Source of the DNA: an uncultured Candidatus Peribacteria bacterium
GTDB taxonomy: Bacteria; Patescibacteriota; Gracilibacteria; UBA1369; GCA-2718715
Direction: 5' to 3'
Length of the DNA stretch: 35,588 nucleotides
Assembly (NCBI GenBank): GCA_964471455.1
Contig: CAYYFV010000001.1
Span: 1-35,588 of the forward strand
Positions 33,901 through 35,588 of this stretch are shown here, one piece after another. Positions within the stretch are counted from its first letter, which is position 1, and the number at the start of each line of letters is the position of its first letter. The notes beneath the pieces are model-generated. The model saw only the letters and a program-made list of their open reading frames with translations. It had not been told where the DNA came from and did no database searches. The translations under genes were made by a program, and so were the position numbers.

Positions 33901-34344
33901 ATGTTCAATAGTCTAAGACAATCTCTATACTTTGCTGGAATATTTTTAGTAGCTTTCCTACTATCGATTATTTTACTACTAAAACTCCCAGGAAACTTGA
34001 ATCAGTCTTGTGTGATTGGTGCCTACTTCAACATGGCCAACATTTTGTATAATTTACTGATTTCGTTCTTGATTGCCTATAGCTTTTCGAATATATTGGA
34101 GTTTGGCTCGAACAAGAAAATAAACTCCTCTATGGTGGGGGTTTTCACTTGGCTAACGACTACTTTCTGTGTCCCCTGTATAATACCGATAGCTAGCTTA
34201 TTGGGCTTTTCTGTTTCTCTGAACTTCTTTGCTTACTCAAACATTTGGTTCAAGATCTTCACAATCTGTGTTCTGACCTATGGAGCTTTTGAAAGTTCAA
34301 AATTAGAATTAAGCAAGTGTAAAGACCAAGACTGTAGTTTTTAG
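33901..34344 (+). CDS. Small 4-TM membrane protein with an intramembrane CVPC and a C-terminal CKDQDC; candidate redox or metal relay partner of the upstream DsbA
   Basis: 147 aa. The ATG lies 1 nt after the DsbA TAA. Four hydrophobic segments. Cysteines at positions 37, 90, 93, 123, 140 and 145. No family assigned with confidence. Confidence 0.6.
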   Translation: MFNSLRQSLYFAGIFLVAFLLSIILLLKLPGNLNQSCVIGAYFNMANILYNLLISFLIAYSFSNILEFGSNKKINSSMVGVFTWLTTTFCVPCIIPIASLLGFSVSLNFFAYSNIWFKIFTICVLTYGAFESSKLELSKCKDQDCSF

Positions 34345-34346
34345 GT

Positions 34347-34374
34347 TTGACTCTTAACTCAGAAAGTGTACAAT
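34347..34374 (+). promoter_or_regulatory. Promoter of the initiator tRNA: TTGACT, 16-nt spacer, TACAAT
   Basis: TTGACT at 34347-34352 and TACAAT at 34369-34374. The tRNA starts 13 nt downstream. Confidence 0.6.
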
Positions 34375-34386
34375 AGGCTTACATAA

Positions 34387-34461
34387 CGCGGAGTAGAGCA
34401 GTGGCAGCTCGTCAGGCTCATAACCTGAAGGTCGGTGGTTCGAATCCACCCTCCGCAACCA
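34387..34461 (+). tRNA. Initiator tRNA-fMet, anticodon CAU, with encoded CCA
   Basis: Acceptor stem CGCGGAG/CTCCGCA with the C1-A72 mismatch. D stem GAGC/GCTC gives A11:U24. Anticodon arm TCAGG-CTCATAA-CCTGA, T arm GGTGG-TTCGAAT-CCACC, discriminator A, then CCA. It closely parallels E. coli tRNA-fMet. Confidence 0.9.
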
Positions 34462-34475
34462 AAAAAGTATTAAAA

Positions 34476-34501
34476 GGCCCTGAAATGTTTCAAGGGTTTT
34501 T
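34476..34501. terminator. Probable bidirectional intrinsic terminator between tRNA-fMet and the convergent pentapeptide-repeat gene
   Basis: GGCCCTG...CAAGGG forms an imperfect stem with one bulged A, flanked by AAAA on the left and TTTTT on the right. Confidence 0.5.
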
Positions 34502-34540
34502 CTAGATGCTTGTACTTCAGTAAGAAAGCAGGTTTGTTAA

Positions 34541-34813
34541 CTATTGTTCTTGAAAAATGTTAAGTAGTTTTATGATAAACCTATCTATAACATTAGTTTG
34601 CTTAATTTGGTAGTAATTTATTTTATTATTAGGATCTGTCTGGTCATAGTAAGACGATACGACTTTATACTCCATCTGATTAACTCTAGGTTTACCTACT
34701 ATGTGATCAAGTTTTATACCTTCTAATATTGTATTTCTTAAATCTGCTCCTTGTAGGTTAGCTCCACTTAAATTTGCCTTCCATAAATTGGCTCCTGGTA
34801 ACTGAGCCTCCAT
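34541..34813 (-). CDS. Small pentapeptide-repeat protein
   Basis: 90 aa. N-terminal A(N/D)LxG-type repeats (GANLWKANLSGANLQGADLRNTILEGIKL) followed by a non-repeat tail. Confidence 0.65.
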   Translation of the reverse strand: MEAQLPGANLWKANLSGANLQGADLRNTILEGIKLDHIVGKPRVNQMEYKVVSSYYDQTDPNNKINYYQIKQTNVIDRFIIKLLNIFQEQ

Positions 34814-34864
34814 TAATACTGAAAGATCTATGTTCTACTCCCTGTCAGCAAAACAAGTTTTACT

Positions 34865-35588
34865 CTATTTTTTAAGGATAGTTTGGACCCCATTTTCGTC
34901 AGGTTCAGATAGTTTAAATTGAGCCTGTTGTTGAGGCCTTAACATTAACATGAACTCAGTATTTACTTTAACCCCCTCTAATTTAGTAGAGTTATATAAC
35001 ATACAACCTGTTAGCTGGGCGTCTTGGAGTTGAGCATTTTGTAAATCTGCTTGTTGAAATCTTGAATTACTTAAATTGGCCTCTTCTAAATGTGCCCCAC
35101 TTAAATTGGCCCCTCGTAGGCAAGCACCTGTCAATTGTACTCCCTGTAGTTTAGCTCCTGATAGATTAGCTCTTCTGAGCTTGATATGGCTTGGAAACAC
35201 AGCACCGTTTAAGTTAGCTTTAGCTAGGTTAATCCTTGCTAGGAATGATGTTGTGAAATGAATACCTGCTAGATTCTCTTCTTCTAAATTAACTCCAGGT
35301 CCAATTAGATAATGTTTGCCTTCCTGGTTAGTTACGTACTGATAATGCTCTGAAAGAATCTTTGGCTCTCCTTGTAAATTGCTTGTGCAAGCATTCAATA
35401 AGTAAACACCCTCCATATTGGTTTCACTTAAATCAACACCCCTTAAATTGGCTCCTTCTAAACTAACTCCAGGTCCAATGATAAGTCCTTGATTATCTTC
35501 GTTAATTAGGTATTGGTAACCTTCGGGTAAGGAATGTGGGTTTAAATGAAGATAGAGTGTGTGAGTAATTTGCAGAATGACGTTACTT
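34865..35588 (-). CDS. Pentapeptide-repeat protein whose 5-prime end probably lies beyond the window
   Basis: The ORF track reports 34865-35416 (183 aa: ANLNGAVF..ANLSGAKLQGVQLTGACLRGANLSGAHLEEANLSNSRFQQADLQNAQLQDAQLTG). My translation shows the same frame stays open upstream to the window edge (..LPEGYQYLINEDNQGLIIGPGVSLEGANLRGVDLSETNMEGVYLL..), so the true start is unresolved. Confidence 0.7.
   Translation of the reverse strand, partial: SNVILQITHTLYLHLNPHSLPEGYQYLINEDNQGLIIGPGVSLEGANLRGVDLSETNMEGVYLLNACTSNLQGEPKILSEHYQYVTNQEGKHYLIGPGVNLEEENLAGIHFTTSFLARINLAKANLNGAVFPSHIKLRRANLSGAKLQGVQLTGACLRGANLSGAHLEEANLSNSRFQQADLQNAQLQDAQLTGCMLYNSTKLEGVKVNTEFMLMLRPQQQAQFKLSEPDENGVQTILKK

Noticed and set aside
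1-35588. Alternative genetic code (UGA recoded as Gly, as in Gracilibacteria/SR1), considered because the gene content looks CPR-like.
   Set aside because: All conserved genes (alaS, recA, nusA, hisS, tsaD, mnmA, malic enzyme and others) are full length and colinear under the standard code with no in-frame TGA interruptions. The tRNA-Gly in the window has anticodon UCC, not UCA.
1-35588. CRISPR arrays, tandem DNA repeats, IS elements, toxin-antitoxin pairs and known defence-system gene sets.
   Set aside because: Scanning both strands, I found no spaced direct repeats, no transposase or reverse-transcriptase-like ORFs, and no small paired ORFs with TA-like features. The only repeats are the peptide-level APPGLP motif and the pentapeptide repeats.

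Overview
The window is a compact, mostly housekeeping stretch of bacterial chromosome with mid-to-low GC. Coding density is high, and several gene pairs share bases between stop and start codons (TAATG or ATGA). Shine-Dalgarno motifs are almost absent. All conserved genes read through intact under the standard genetic code.

Gene order, left to right:
- a partial DUF4243-like gene
- a coupled pair of membrane-anchored exoproteins, one DUF4012-like
- alaS (short form) coupled to a GT4 glycosyltransferase, then a convergent second GT4
- a membrane protein
- recA-recX, nusA, a frameshifted pilB/gspE-type ATPase, dprA, ftsE
- an M29 aminopeptidase, a RumA/RlmD-type methyltransferase, cca, tsaD, hisS
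- a DsbA paralogue with a Ser-substituted active site, a possible 53-aa ORF, a malic enzyme, nrdR
- a xerC/D-type recombinase followed by two secreted hypotheticals and a beta-CASP MBL nuclease
- tRNA-Gly(UCC), a YibE/F membrane protein, dcd, an FMN-reductase-like protein, mnmA
- a bona fide DsbA (CGYC) coupled to a small 4-TM Cys-rich protein
- initiator tRNA-fMet and tandem pentapeptide-repeat genes running off the right edge

I found no CRISPR array, transposase, prophage or recognisable defence system. The gene content suggests an uncultivated small-genome lineage (CPR/Patescibacteria-like), but that is inference only.

The items most worth a second look are:
- the pilB frame change, which sits exactly on an A_AAA_AAC slippery heptamer
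- the DsbA plus CxxC-membrane-protein pair, a possible non-DsbB/non-VKOR thiol relay
- the redox-dead SxxS DsbA paralogue with a cytoplasmic HeH-like domain
- a perfect palindrome inside the recA promoter
- a protein carrying three copies of APPGLP(S/A)L
- a codon-usage shift that begins at tRNA-Gly
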